UHGV virus genome: UHGV-1366919
Direction: 5' to 3' (one strand)
Length of the DNA: 64,000 bases
From: a virus
This document shows, piece by piece, positions 28,998 through 38,888 of the stretch (positions are counted from its first letter, which is position 1; the number at the start of each line of letters is the position of its first letter). The translations under genes and the position numbers were made by a program. The notes beneath the pieces are model-generated. The model saw only the letters and a list, made by a program, of their open reading frames with translations, ran no database searches and was not told the origin of the DNA.

Positions 28998-29387
28998 ATG
29001 AAAGCAGCAGCAGATAAGAAGAATACTGAAGTTAAAGTCAGCATCAACGACGGCAATCCGTTTGTAATCATCATCCCTGTAGACAAGTCCGGTTATCAAT
29101 CGCTTCAATCGGTCAAGACCAAGCAAGCTCCGGCAATTGAACTGGCTTGTGTCAAGGGTGAAATGGACAAGGTTGAAGAACTCATCGGGAAGATTACATC
29201 TAAGTATGAAGAACTTGTGAAACCTGCTCTGCAGGAGGCATTTGGAGATATTCCCCTCAGGTATACTGAAGCTAATACGTTGATGACCTTCCAGAAGGGA
29301 GAAGAAGTATATCAAGCTTACTTTGAACTGAATATGGAAGAACGTCCGCAATGCGGTGAGGAACTGGTTGTAACTAAGAAGAAGTAA
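28998..29387 (+). CDS. small Lys/Glu-rich protein, paralog A' (inverted relative to 27194-27598)
   Basis: 129 aa. FVIIIPVDKSGYQSLQSVKTK / YEELVKPAL / YTEANTLMTF. Followed by a strong terminator. Confidence 0.5.
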   Translation: MKAAADKKNTEVKVSINDGNPFVIIIPVDKSGYQSLQSVKTKQAPAIELACVKGEMDKVEELIGKITSKYEELVKPALQEAFGDIPLRYTEANTLMTFQKGEEVYQAYFELNMEERPQCGEELVVTKKK

Positions 29388-29414
29388 ATCAAATTAGATA
29401 GATTATAACGGAAC

Positions 29415-29452
29415 CCCTCCGACTGAGATGAATCAGTCGGAGGGGTTTTTTA
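29415..29452 (+). terminator. rho-independent terminator
   Basis: cccctccgactga/tcagtcggagggg stem then TTTTTTATTT. Confidence 0.6.
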
Positions 29453-29464
29453 TTTGCTTTAATA

Positions 29465-29600
29465 TGATGGAATTTGATCGGAAATGTATTGAATTATAAT
29501 GAGTTGAAATTAAATCCGATCATTTCTTCGATGTATGGAGAGGATGTCATTTGACCGGACTTTCTCTGATTAAATTGAATTTTCTCTTATTTGACCGGAA
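29465..29600. repeat. iteron-like direct/inverted repeats ATTTGAYCGGAA (x4) in a noncoding region
   Basis: atttgatcggaaatg (29470), tccgatcatttc (inverted, 29515), catttgaccggac (29553), tatttgaccggaatg (29587). Further TCCGGAAACA copies at ~29805 and ~29868. Confidence 0.5.
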
Positions 29601-30061
29601 TGAATGTAATATGGATGCAGCTTTCTCTGAACCAGAACGAATATAATCTAGCCTGGGATAATATATTCCTATATAAAACAGAACTTGATTGCTTAATCAT
29701 CCGTTAGTTCGAATTTGGCGGAAATAAAATAATAATATGACTTAAGCGGATTATTTTACATATAATCTGAATCTTCATCATCTCCTTCACCTGTTTCGCA
29801 TCATCCGGAAACATCGACGATCTTTTATATGCTCCTTATATTTGAAAGCAATACATTACATAAGGAAGGACTTCCGGAAACAATAACGATACCTTAAAAC
29901 ACATTTTTTATTATAAAAATCATCATTTTATTATTTGACAACTTATTATACTCTTATAGAATCTGCCAAATTCCTGAAGTCTTTATCACGGACATCCGCT
30001 TTATACCACTTTTTCTTACTTTTTATTTCACAATACGTTATACATTTCCACTCATAAATGT

Positions 30062-30102
30062 AAAAAAATCCCGGCTTAAATTAATTTAAGCCGGGATTTT
30101 TT
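30062..30102. terminator. bidirectional hairpin terminator
   Basis: aaatcccggcttaaa/tttaagccgggattt stem flanked by A-run and T-run; at the convergent end of 30141-30764. Confidence 0.55.
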
Positions 30103-30140
30103 CAAATATTAATGATTTAATTCAATCGGTTTATATATAA

Positions 30141-30764
30141 TTAACTGTCTTTTGCATATTTCGTACAATACTCGTTAATTTCTCGTTTAAGTTTCGCGAT
30201 TTGTTTCAGATTGTTTTTAAAATCAACCACCTTTACTTCATTCCAATACTCGTCGCTTCTGAACGGAATGGAACTACCTTCGGATTTGAATAAAATTACA
30301 TCATCGTCATATATAAGCATATAACATTTTTCATCCTTAATACTATTCCAACATATTCCGTTCCAATTCGGATGATGACTTATTCTTACACTATCCATAA
30401 TACTTTTATCCAAGCTGCTAATAAATTTTTCAACCTCAGGCCAAAAATTAACGGTTAAAAGAAGCTTTTTTTCGATAAAAATATAATATTTTGTATTATA
30501 ATTAAGAATATTCTGAATATATCCAAGACATTTGTCGTTTTCATTTATTATAATCCATTGTTCATCCGGTTTAATATTCCTGAACATTGTTTCATCAAAA
30601 TAAAGACTTGTCCGTCCGCAAATATTATTCAGATAAAAACGCAAATATTTTTCTTTAATTTTATCGAGTAAAATACCATTTACTTTGATATGTTTTCTTT
30701 CTCCTTTATTCAAAAAGTTATATAATTTGAAAGCATTTTCAGAAGAAGCACTAAGTTCAATCAT
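30141..30764 (-). CDS. hypothetical protein (member of ~200-aa tandem paralog array)
   Basis: 207 aa; first of three similarly sized consecutive minus-strand genes. Confidence 0.4.
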   Translation of the reverse strand: MIELSASSENAFKLYNFLNKGERKHIKVNGILLDKIKEKYLRFYLNNICGRTSLYFDETMFRNIKPDEQWIIINENDKCLGYIQNILNYNTKYYIFIEKKLLLTVNFWPEVEKFISSLDKSIMDSVRISHHPNWNGICWNSIKDEKCYMLIYDDDVILFKSEGSSIPFRSDEYWNEVKVVDFKNNLKQIAKLKREINEYCTKYAKDS

Positions 30765-30803
30765 ACTTTTATTATATCTTAATCCTCAATGTTTTGCGGT
30801 GCT

Positions 30804-31403
30804 TTAGCAATACTTTTGGATTTCTTTGTTGAAGCTTCCTACGAACTTGTTTCCGTTCAGGTCCCAGAGACTTATGTTGTCTCTCCCTCGAAAATCGGAA
30901 AGGATCTCTTTCAATTTGGCGGAACTGAACACCGACGTTTCAAGCTTGCCGTTTTCGTCTTTGTACTGGATAAACCACCAGGGCTTGCCCTCCAGGAAAA
31001 TATTTGCAGGAATCTTGCCGGTCAAGAAATAAACGTCAATATGACCAAGCGATTCCCTGCACAAATTACTCAGGAAGATTTGGAGTCCGCAATAAGATTT
31101 GAAAGAAGCGAGCTTAAGCTGCTTATACCAGACCTCGAAAGGAAAGTCGGCCTTGCTGTTGTCCAAATAAGCCAGGACGCGATCATTTGCATCCTGAAGT
31201 ACTCCGGTATTGGAAAGGATGAACTCCCGGTTAACGTTTTCAACTGAAAACATTCCGTCCTTGTTGGAAAATACCGGAGTATTCCAAAGGTAACTTAGCA
31301 CCGGTTTTTCGTCTACCACGGCTTGTTTCAGAATATCCTGGGGCAGGCTTTTGGTGATTTGCCGGATTTGAGAGATATTATTGACTTTTATTAAAAGGTC
31401 CAT
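30804..31403 (-). CDS. hypothetical protein (paralog of 31429-32037)
   Basis: C-terminal ISLWDLNGNKFVGSF vs KIWDIREGIFIGCF; GC-richer than the surroundings. Confidence 0.45.
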   Translation of the reverse strand: MDLLIKVNNISQIRQITKSLPQDILKQAVVDEKPVLSYLWNTPVFSNKDGMFSVENVNREFILSNTGVLQDANDRVLAYLDNSKADFPFEVWYKQLKLASFKSYCGLQIFLSNLCRESLGHIDVYFLTGKIPANIFLEGKPWWFIQYKDENGKLETSVFSSAKLKEILSDFRGRDNISLWDLNGNKFVGSFNKEIQKYC

Positions 31404-31428
31404 GATTTTATTATATTAGCAAAGAATT

Positions 31429-32037
31429 TTACAGAAGCTTGGAAACCAGGTCCGGAGAAAAACAGCCGATGAAAATTCCTTCCCGAATATCCCAGATCTT
31501 GACCGATTCGCCCAGCTTGATATTGCTCAGTACATCACGGAAAGAATCGTCTTCATCTCCCGCCAGCATCGGTTCATTTTCAGTCAAAGAATTTTTCCTT
31601 TCAATATAGTACCGCCACTTTTTTTCCAAAACATAAATGGCCTTGATAGTAAGTTCACCGCAAACAACCTTAAGCCTTTTCTTTACGTTATCTTCGAAAA
31701 TCGACAAAGCATCTGCAAGCTCTTGGTAAGTCCAAACACTAAAAAGCATTGTCTTATTAAGATAAACCTCAAATCCGGGGCTCCCGGAATGATTAGCACA
31801 ATGACCAATTACCTTATCACAAGAATCGACAATATCCGTTTCTTTCAACTTAAGCAAATCCTCAAACGTCAGAATATATTGATATTTACTTGGCCTTCTG
31901 TTTGTCAGCTTATTGCGAAGAAACACCCTCGAATTAGAATTAGGCAATTTTAAGCACGGAGGCAATAAAATATTATCAGACTGGTTCTGAATCAATTCAT
32001 TGAACAGTACGAAAATCTTTTTAACTTCTGGATTCAT
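31429..32037 (-). CDS. hypothetical protein (paralog of 30804-31403)
   Basis: 202 aa; shared C-terminal motif. Confidence 0.45.
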   Translation of the reverse strand: MNPEVKKIFVLFNELIQNQSDNILLPPCLKLPNSNSRVFLRNKLTNRRPSKYQYILTFEDLLKLKETDIVDSCDKVIGHCANHSGSPGFEVYLNKTMLFSVWTYQELADALSIFEDNVKKRLKVVCGELTIKAIYVLEKKWRYYIERKNSLTENEPMLAGDEDDSFRDVLSNIKLGESVKIWDIREGIFIGCFSPDLVSKLL

Positions 32038-32043
32038 ATATTT

Positions 32044-32811
32044 TTATGTTTTTATAATGCTTTTTCCCTTATTATTCTCTGGTGCTTTTTCCGGAACAAA
32101 CTCATTGACAAATTTTAATTTTACCGGACTCACTATATATTTTTCTTTATAGCCCAAGAAAGACCCCTTTTTCCAGTCTTCAACAAAGCGAACGTTAAAC
32201 GGCTTTAACGGCCTCCAGATGTGCTTAACATCATAACTGTTTCGTCCGGATTGCCTGGTGTACTCTTTCATTAGAAAATCCCAGAAATAAAACCTCCTTT
32301 GCATAGCGTAACTATCCCAAACTTTATCATCTTGCCTCCGAGGGTCATAGTAAAGGTACTTCAAAAAGAAGTTATGGCAAAACTCTTCATATTCGTCAAG
32401 AAGCTCTTTATCTTCGAGCACGCTATAAACAGAATGCCTGAAATGCCATTTCTCCTTTAAGTCCGGGCGAAGAAACAAAATCGGAGAATGCTCTTCCCTT
32501 GTATTAAAGAAATATAATTCATCCGTATGTTTAATAAGCTTGAGCGGATCATATTCCGTCCTGAACTTTCCCCATTCTTCCTCGAATTCTTCCCAAGGAT
32601 TCCCGTTGAGAACCTGAGTACAATGATAATGCCCGATGTTTACTCCGTATTTTGGATTATGAAAAGTACTGCCCGCATCCCAGAAATTGCCTTTCAATGG
32701 ATATGACCAATAGTCTTCATAACTTGACATATCCCAGGTATATTTCCGTATAGAACAATACGGAATTGTCAAAAACCTGAACAAACAGTCATTTGTAGGC
32801 CTCCAGAGCAT
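32044..32811 (-). CDS. hypothetical Trp/Tyr-rich protein
   Basis: 255-aa ORF. Confidence 0.4.
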   Translation of the reverse strand: MLWRPTNDCLFRFLTIPYCSIRKYTWDMSSYEDYWSYPLKGNFWDAGSTFHNPKYGVNIGHYHCTQVLNGNPWEEFEEEWGKFRTEYDPLKLIKHTDELYFFNTREEHSPILFLRPDLKEKWHFRHSVYSVLEDKELLDEYEEFCHNFFLKYLYYDPRRQDDKVWDSYAMQRRFYFWDFLMKEYTRQSGRNSYDVKHIWRPLKPFNVRFVEDWKKGSFLGYKEKYIVSPVKLKFVNEFVPEKAPENNKGKSIIKT

Positions 32812-32813
32812 AA

Positions 32814-33128
32814 TCAGAGAATAGTTGTATAAAGATTCTCAAAAGGTTCTAATTCAATATTCGCCTCATCAGAAATGACCCAGTCTTCATCTGCAATAGA
32901 ACTAATTTCAAGATGCTTAAAAAGCTCTTCAGGCGAAGAAAACATGCAATAACAGACTGCACTTAATTTTAATGTTCTGAAAGGTCGAGTAACGCACTTG
33001 AAAGGTTCAATTTTCAGTTCTCGAAGAAGAATGTATCCGTCTTTTCTTTGAAGAGAATAATGAAGATCTCCAACTCGTGTATAACGAACTTTGTTATCTT
33101 CACAAATCGTTTCAATTAGATTATTCAT
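32814..33128 (-). CDS. hypothetical protein
   Basis: 104 aa. Confidence 0.35.
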   Translation of the reverse strand: MNNLIETICEDNKVRYTRVGDLHYSLQRKDGYILLRELKIEPFKCVTRPFRTLKLSAVCYCMFSSPEELFKHLEISSIADEDWVISDEANIELEPFENLYTTIL

Positions 33129-33158
33129 ATACTTTTATAGTATTCTTTCCCTTAAATT

Positions 33159-33449
33159 TTACAGGTAATCGGTCACAAATTTTCCATTATCGAGCCTGAG
33201 AACACTATACCCGGCATTTTCAAGGTCTTCAAGAGATTTGAATTCATCGACATTTAAGTCTTTGATAGAATCATATTCGTTCCATTGAAAAAATACGTCA
33301 TCCCGGGTTACGCAAAGATTGCCTTCTTGCGTTTCAGCCAATCCCTCAAAGAAATTATACAAAGCGTTAATAGCTTCCCATGAATAATCATCGGTAATTT
33401 TCAGAAATCTTCCGAATTCATCCGCGCAAGTAATATCAGTAGTCAACAT
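33159..33449 (-). CDS. hypothetical acidic protein
   Basis: 96 aa. Confidence 0.35.
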   Translation of the reverse strand: MLTTDITCADEFGRFLKITDDYSWEAINALYNFFEGLAETQEGNLCVTRDDVFFQWNEYDSIKDLNVDEFKSLEDLENAGYSVLRLDNGKFVTDYL

Positions 33450-33482
33450 AAGCCGTTAAGGAAAATATATTTTTTATTATTT

Positions 33483-33689
33483 TTATAATCTTATTATTTG
33501 ATGGTATTTTGTACTTTTCAATATTTTTCCTGAAAAGACGTCAACATATTGATTATCTTCTATTCGAATAAAAAGATCATCAGATTGATTTTCACTCAAA
33601 TACTGCTTAATTTCATCAATATTTGATGTTTGAAACAATATTTGATTTAACTCAGGAGATTTCTTTATGAAAATTGTAGCATTCATCAA
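33483..33689 (-). CDS. hypothetical protein
   Basis: 68 aa; overlaps the next. Confidence 0.25.
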   Translation of the reverse strand: MMNATIFIKKSPELNQILFQTSNIDEIKQYLSENQSDDLFIRIEDNQYVDVFSGKILKSTKYHQIIRL

Positions 33690-33990
33690 GCTTTAATATG
33701 TCCTTAATTGTTTTCTTTTGGCGTTTAATAATAGTTTGAACCTTTTTATAGAGTTTTCGAGCATGTGTCAAGTAGGTATATTGAATCCAAAAGAAATCTC
33801 CTTGATAATGTCCGGCAATCGAATAAAGATCTATTTCAGGATTCTGACACCAAAGAGAAACATAGTTGTCTTCATTCAACATAAAAGTTTCAGTTGCTCC
33901 TAAAAGGAGTTGTTCTTTAGTCAATCTTTCTTTATGATTGATAGTACCAATGAGAATTTCTTCTCCTTCGAGAATTACTTTGTCAATCAT
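33652..33990 (-). CDS. hypothetical protein
   Basis: 112 aa. Confidence 0.35.
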   Translation of the reverse strand: MIDKVILEGEEILIGTINHKERLTKEQLLLGATETFMLNEDNYVSLWCQNPEIDLYSIAGHYQGDFFWIQYTYLTHARKLYKKVQTIIKRQKKTIKDILKLDECYNFHKEIS

Positions 33991-33992
33991 GA

Positions 33993-34283
33993 TTAAATTC
34001 CTTTAAAGAGTTCAAAACGCTTGATATGGCAAATTTCGTGCAGGACAAGTGAATAATATTCACCATCATCAAACCGCTCAAGATCATTAACATCAGCGAT
34101 TTTTAAAATATAATTTTCTTTAGTTTCTTCAGGCAAACAATCTTCTATATAAGAAGTAAACATTTCCCGCAATTCAAAAGTCTCTTCATCAATTTTGACT
34201 ATGTCAAAAGTAGTTCCGAGGTCCGAATCAAGAAGAATGATATTTGTACCATGTTCTTCAAATATTTGAGATATATTCATCAT
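33993..34283 (-). CDS. hypothetical acidic protein
   Basis: 96 aa; CACCT motif upstream (34313-34324). Confidence 0.35.
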   Translation of the reverse strand: MMNISQIFEEHGTNIILLDSDLGTTFDIVKIDEETFELREMFTSYIEDCLPEETKENYILKIADVNDLERFDDGEYYSLVLHEICHIKRFELFKGI

Positions 34284-34323
34284 ATACTTTTATAGTATTG
34301 CTTTCCATAATTGAAGGAGGTGT

Positions 34324-34926
34324 TTAGTCAATGATCATAAATTCATTACTACACAATTCTTCGACTTCTTTAGTAACCCACTCAATGAAAAAACCTCGCT
34401 TGAAATGGTCATCCTCACTAACAACATCAATCATTTTTCGTCTATTAAGAATATCCCTTTCAATACTCTTAGGGCAGTAATCTCCTGAAAAAGGATTTCG
34501 AAGCCGACTCTTCAAAGCTTGATTATCATAGTTCCAGAAATAAATTTTATTAGGGAAAAGTATTTTTCCTTTATTATGATATTCAAGAGCCAGCGTATAT
34601 TTGTTTACAAACTCGGCCGGGGTCATACCGAAAGAAGCTTCAGTTGAAAATCTCTCAATCATTAAAGAATGATTTGGATCTGTTCCATTTCTATAGACAT
34701 CTTGAGCCAAGGACTTAATAGAAAATGAATATTGCTCTGCATTCTTTTTTAAGAAGCTGAATATATCATCATTATCCTTGATACTAGACTTTAACGCAAA
34801 GATTCTCTTGTATTTTTTAGAATAAAAGAAAAGCTTAAGGAAAAAGGGACTTACAGAAAATATAGCGTCAGGATGTTCCTGAAGAAATGTTTCAAGAGTT
34901 GATGTATTCAAATTTATCAGAAGCAT
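34324..34926 (-). CDS. hypothetical protein
   Basis: 200 aa. Confidence 0.4.
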   Translation of the reverse strand: MLLINLNTSTLETFLQEHPDAIFSVSPFFLKLFFYSKKYKRIFALKSSIKDNDDIFSFLKKNAEQYSFSIKSLAQDVYRNGTDPNHSLMIERFSTEASFGMTPAEFVNKYTLALEYHNKGKILFPNKIYFWNYDNQALKSRLRNPFSGDYCPKSIERDILNRRKMIDVVSEDDHFKRGFFIEWVTKEVEELCSNEFMIID

Positions 34927-35040
34927 AACTTCATTTTATAGTTTTCCTTATTTGAGGACGGTGCCTGATATAAAAATAATAAAAGCTCGGATGGATAAAA
35001 GTCCATCCGAGCTTCATAATACTCAAGTTAAACCAATTGC

Positions 35041-35376
35041 TTACTGAATGCTCTGAGTCGGAACTTCAAAGTTCAGCATTTCAGCCGCAGGTTCGAAACT
35101 CGTAATTTCGTTAAGAATACTTTCAGGAAGAGAATTCTTCAGCGGTTCAACAACCATCTGATGCCAGGGTTCAACAATCTTTTCGTTCCAAGTAGCCTGG
35201 GCCTCTTCAGGAGTAGTCTTGCCAAGCAGAACCTTATTGGTCAGATTCGTCTTAGTCGTGCAAGCCTTCGACTGAACACCGGCATAATCACGAGCAGGAA
35301 CACTCGCACGAATGCGAATAACGGTTCCATTGGTCAGATGAGCGTTCAGGTCTACGTTCTTAATGTCTTTAGCCAT
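35041..35376 (-). CDS. hypothetical protein (GC-richer gene)
   Basis: 111 aa; composition differs from neighbours; long 5' UTR after the CACCT motif at 35471-35480. Confidence 0.4.
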   Translation of the reverse strand: MAKDIKNVDLNAHLTNGTVIRIRASVPARDYAGVQSKACTTKTNLTNKVLLGKTTPEEAQATWNEKIVEPWHQMVVEPLKNSLPESILNEITSFEPAAEMLNFEVPTQSIQ

Positions 35377-35662
35377 TGTATGTTTTTCTTTCTATTTTAG
35401 TTTGTTTTGTTTTTTAAGTTAACCACTTAATGTGATTTACAGTTTTATAATAAGATTTAACTTATTGTTCAAAGGTGTTCAAGATTTCTTCTTGATATTT
35501 CTAGGATCACAAAATAGCATCGGAATAAAGAACACTATATCAAGGCAAATTGCAAGAGGAGTATAAATCAATATTCCGAAGGATATAATCATTAGAGCAA
35601 GTTTGTCTCTAAATCTTGGAGCATCTCTCATATACTTGAAGCAAGTATAGATTAGCTCAAAC

Positions 35663-36136
35663 TCAAATCTCAGAAACGGTAGTACCATCAGATGGACTGA
35701 ATACAAAAGCCCGTACATATTGAGCCAATGGAAGCCTCTGTCTCCATTCGGCTTTGAGCTGAGTAACTCTATTCCGATAATTCCGTTCAGATTTTGGACA
35801 AGAATTTATAATATCTTCGGAAATAATTTTACAATGCTCGATATAAACCATATTTTCCTGATAAGAAAACTCCCGCTTAGGCTGAAGGCCGTTCAAAGTT
35901 TTAATAAAAGAATCCCGCATTTCAGATAAAGCTTGAATCTCTTCTTCATCTACGAGTTCCTGAAGCAAAGTTCGTTCAAGAGTATTTTTAATAATTTCAA
36001 GGCTTTCCCGAACTAACTCCAAATATCCATCATATCCGATCTTTTCGAATACAATATTTTTTAGGCTTCGGTCGGAAGCAGAGAAATATTCTTTCAGAAA
36101 ATATCTTTGCATATATTTGTTTATCTGTAGTTTCAA
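35663..36136 (-). CDS. hypothetical protein
   Basis: 157 aa. Confidence 0.35.
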   Translation of the reverse strand: MKLQINKYMQRYFLKEYFSASDRSLKNIVFEKIGYDGYLELVRESLEIIKNTLERTLLQELVDEEEIQALSEMRDSFIKTLNGLQPKREFSYQENMVYIEHCKIISEDIINSCPKSERNYRNRVTQLKAEWRQRLPLAQYVRAFVFSPSDGTTVSEI

Positions 36137-36179
36137 TCCACATACTTTGAGCTAATCAAAGTATGAAAAAGTTTAATGT

Positions 36180-36647
36180 TTACCTATAAAATGCCGCCGT
36201 TACAGTCAACCCGTTGTTGAAGACAACCTTACCGCAAATAATATAACCGTCCTCCTCTTCTTCATCAAATTTGGTAAAGCTCTTAATATAGCCATTAGCT
36301 TTGATAAAATCAAGAAAATCTTTCTCTCCAAGGAACTTATAATTGTTCGGAGAAAATATAGTTATTTCACCGGTAGACTTATTTTCAATCGAGATAAGAT
36401 TTGCCCGACTGCAATAATAAAGGAATATGTTAGCATTCCTGTCAAAATTAACAATCTGTGCACCCTTCAAAGTAGTAAACCTAAAGTTAGAATGGCCGAG
36501 TTGTCCTTCATACATTCTAGCGAAGCTGTTAATATTTTCTTCAGTAAAAGGATTTTCTTGAATAACTTTAGAATGGAATACCCATTTACCTGCCTTGGTC
36601 CGTCTTTCTACAATAATAGTCCGGAATTTCTGGTTTGTCTCTAGCAT
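36180..36647 (-). CDS. hypothetical protein
   Basis: 155 aa. Confidence 0.35.
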   Translation of the reverse strand: MLETNQKFRTIIVERRTKAGKWVFHSKVIQENPFTEENINSFARMYEGQLGHSNFRFTTLKGAQIVNFDRNANIFLYYCSRANLISIENKSTGEITIFSPNNYKFLGEKDFLDFIKANGYIKSFTKFDEEEEDGYIICGKVVFNNGLTVTAAFYR

Positions 36648-36656
36648 ATTTTGATT

Positions 36657-36860
36657 TTAGTGTATATTGTTAAGATTTTTATAAACTGCTTTAGTATATT
36701 CGTCCTTTTTAGAAACCCAACGTTTAGGCATGCTGATACGTTCTTTCTTAGAGAGGAATGACCAATGAGTTGCTTTACCGCCTTTTGTCTTTCCCTCTTT
36801 ACTCCAAATGCCTGAAGTTTTCATACTTCTAGGAGTTGGCTCAATACTGTCATTCAACAT
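36657..36860 (-). CDS. hypothetical basic protein
   Basis: 67 aa; CACCT motif 36889-36899 upstream. Confidence 0.3.
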   Translation of the reverse strand: MLNDSIEPTPRSMKTSGIWSKEGKTKGGKATHWSFLSKKERISMPKRWVSKKDEYTKAVYKNLNNIH

Positions 36861-37289
36861 AATTTTATGTTATTTGCGTTCTATTTTCTCAAAGGTGTTT
36901 TAACAATTGGAAATAAGTAAAAATTATTCCAATTATGAGTGCGATTATAAAAGCAATTATATTTGCTTGCCATTGTTTCATTTAACCAAAGAATACTTGA
37001 TAAAGTTGATAAATGCTTGCAATAAAAAGTATAACAATTGCTACGCCCAAAGCTTGCATAAAACCTTCAAATGATTCAGGATCAGCCATGATATTTGATA
37101 TAGTTGATTGTTAAAAGAATGATAAAACCAATTCCAAAACCAGTAAGCCAGGATTTTATCATATTAAAACTTATCTGGATTTTCTGAAATCCATTTAGAT
37201 CCCCATGCCATTAGGCAAAGAACCAAAAGAATTGCAGGACCAACCAAAACCGGTTTAAGGGCCTCATATAGTTCAATAAGAAAAGTCAT

Positions 37290-37586
37290 TTAATAATATC
37301 CTATCCAGTTGTTAAGTGTTGCCAGTTCTTCTAATTTTGTTTCTGCTTCTTGAAGAGTCTTAAAAATAAAATCTTCTTTATTCAATCCTTGTTGAATATC
37401 CCAAATATATCCTCGTTTGATAAATTTGGAATGAAAATCTTCTCCTCCGATAATTACTCGGATAGAATAATCTTCTTTTTCAAAATGGACCACTTGAAGA
37501 TAAATCCTGAAACCGTCGCCGTCCCCAATATGATATGTCTTTGACGGCTCCAGGACAAATTCCGTAATACTACTTTCGTTTTCCAC
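37290..37586 (-). CDS. hypothetical protein
   Basis: 98 aa. Confidence 0.3.
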   Translation of the reverse strand: MENESSITEFVLEPSKTYHIGDGDGFRIYLQVVHFEKEDYSIRVIIGGEDFHSKFIKRGYIWDIQQGLNKEDFIFKTLQEAETKLEELATLNNWIGYY

Positions 37587-37962
37587 GCTGACCTTTCTTA
37601 TATTCCCAATTCTTCATCTTAAGAAGATAATAAACCCTCCCAACTGCAATTCCAGAAAGAACGGACATTTGCTTAACTGTACGATCCGGAGAATAAAACT
37701 TTCGAAGTTGCTCAATCTCAGGTTCCCAATCTCGAGTTTGCCGCCCTGAAGTAGCCCGGCCGCCAATTTTACCAACATAAACAATATCGCAAAGATATTT
37801 GCCAAGTTTGAAAAGATTGTTAACAGGCTTAATATTGTCCTCAATATTCAAATCCGAAAAATAATCTTCCTTTGCTTTATTGAGAACATCTTCAATTGTT
37901 CCAAATTTTACATTAACAATCTGAAAGTTTAATGTTTCAGTGTTGATAATTTTTATTTGCAT
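37570..37962 (-). CDS. hypothetical protein
   Basis: 130 aa; CACCT motif at 37997-38007 upstream. Confidence 0.35.
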   Translation of the reverse strand: MQIKIINTETLNFQIVNVKFGTIEDVLNKAKEDYFSDLNIEDNIKPVNNLFKLGKYLCDIVYVGKIGGRATSGRQTRDWEPEIEQLRKFYSPDRTVKQMSVLSGIAVGRVYYLLKMKNWEYKKGQRGKRK

Positions 37963-38009
37963 GATACTTTTATTATATTTCTTACCTTATTATTTGAAGG
38001 TGTTAGAAC

Positions 38010-38285
38010 TTAAACCAAATAAAAGAAATGTTTCTTTTTGAAATTATACAAAATATACCTTTTTTGATCTTCATCATATTCAACTTCAGACTCTTCTTCT
38101 CGATAAAACATCTTAATATCATTGGACAAGCGAGTAACTAAGATGCCATATTCCGGCCGTTCTTTAATTTCAATCGAAACTTCAACGGGCTTAAGAAAAT
38201 CAAAATTAAGAGGAATACCACAATATTTTACTTTTTTCCCTTTTAGCTTTTTAGCAAACTTTCTAAAGTCTATTCTATTTTTCAT
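38010..38285 (-). CDS. hypothetical protein
   Basis: 91 aa. Confidence 0.3.
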   Translation of the reverse strand: MKNRIDFRKFAKKLKGKKVKYCGIPLNFDFLKPVEVSIEIKERPEYGILVTRLSNDIKMFYREEESEVEYDEDQKRYILYNFKKKHFFYLV

Positions 38286-38424
38286 TTAATTTATTTTTAA
38301 GATTGTTTTATTCTTTTATAATATAATAATCTTATTATAAAAATAATTCCTTAAAACGATTTTTAGAATAAAAAAGGCATTCGAATTCAATTCGAATGCC
38401 TTTTACAATATTAGGTAAAATACT

Positions 38425-38850
38425 TTATTCCAAATAATCGGAAAGTGCTTTAACAAACTCTTTACCGATTTGAGTTATCGGTTCATTATAAAACATTTTA
38501 CGATCGGCCCTAACAATAATTTGCTTCTTTTTGGGCAAAATAGCTCCAGGCTCTTCTTGCCCGGCATAATCTTCAAGATATTGTCCGATACTCAAATTAG
38601 CAAGAAGAATATCATCGATAAGTTCAAAAACATATTGAAAATCATCTTTACCAATTACATCACTAACTTCCCAATCTTCATCGTCATTGTATAAAAGAAT
38701 AAAGAGTTTATCACGATGTTCAGGACTTTCGTAAACAGCCATATAAACCGGCATATCCTCATCAAGCGGTGCATCTACCCAGTTTTCAGGATTACGAGGG
38801 TCGGAAGCATCCGATTGTTCTCGCACCCTATCAATACTCCAATTTTCCAT
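38425..38850 (-). CDS. hypothetical acidic protein
   Basis: 141 aa. Confidence 0.35.
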   Translation of the reverse strand: MENWSIDRVREQSDASDPRNPENWVDAPLDEDMPVYMAVYESPEHRDKLFILLYNDDEDWEVSDVIGKDDFQYVFELIDDILLANLSIGQYLEDYAGQEEPGAILPKKKQIIVRADRKMFYNEPITQIGKEFVKALSDYLE

Positions 38851-38888
38851 AATATTATTTTATAATAAAACTTAATTTATATCGGTGC

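Noticed and set aside
34313-34370. AAGGAGGTG / AAAGGTG on the plus strand as Shine-Dalgarno sites for small plus-strand ORFs (e.g. ATG at 34321)
   Set aside because: Most copies are not followed by an ATG at SD distance. They sit at a fixed distance upstream of minus-strand ATGs instead, and the genes here generally lack SD sequences. Interpreted as the minus-strand CACCT promoter motif.
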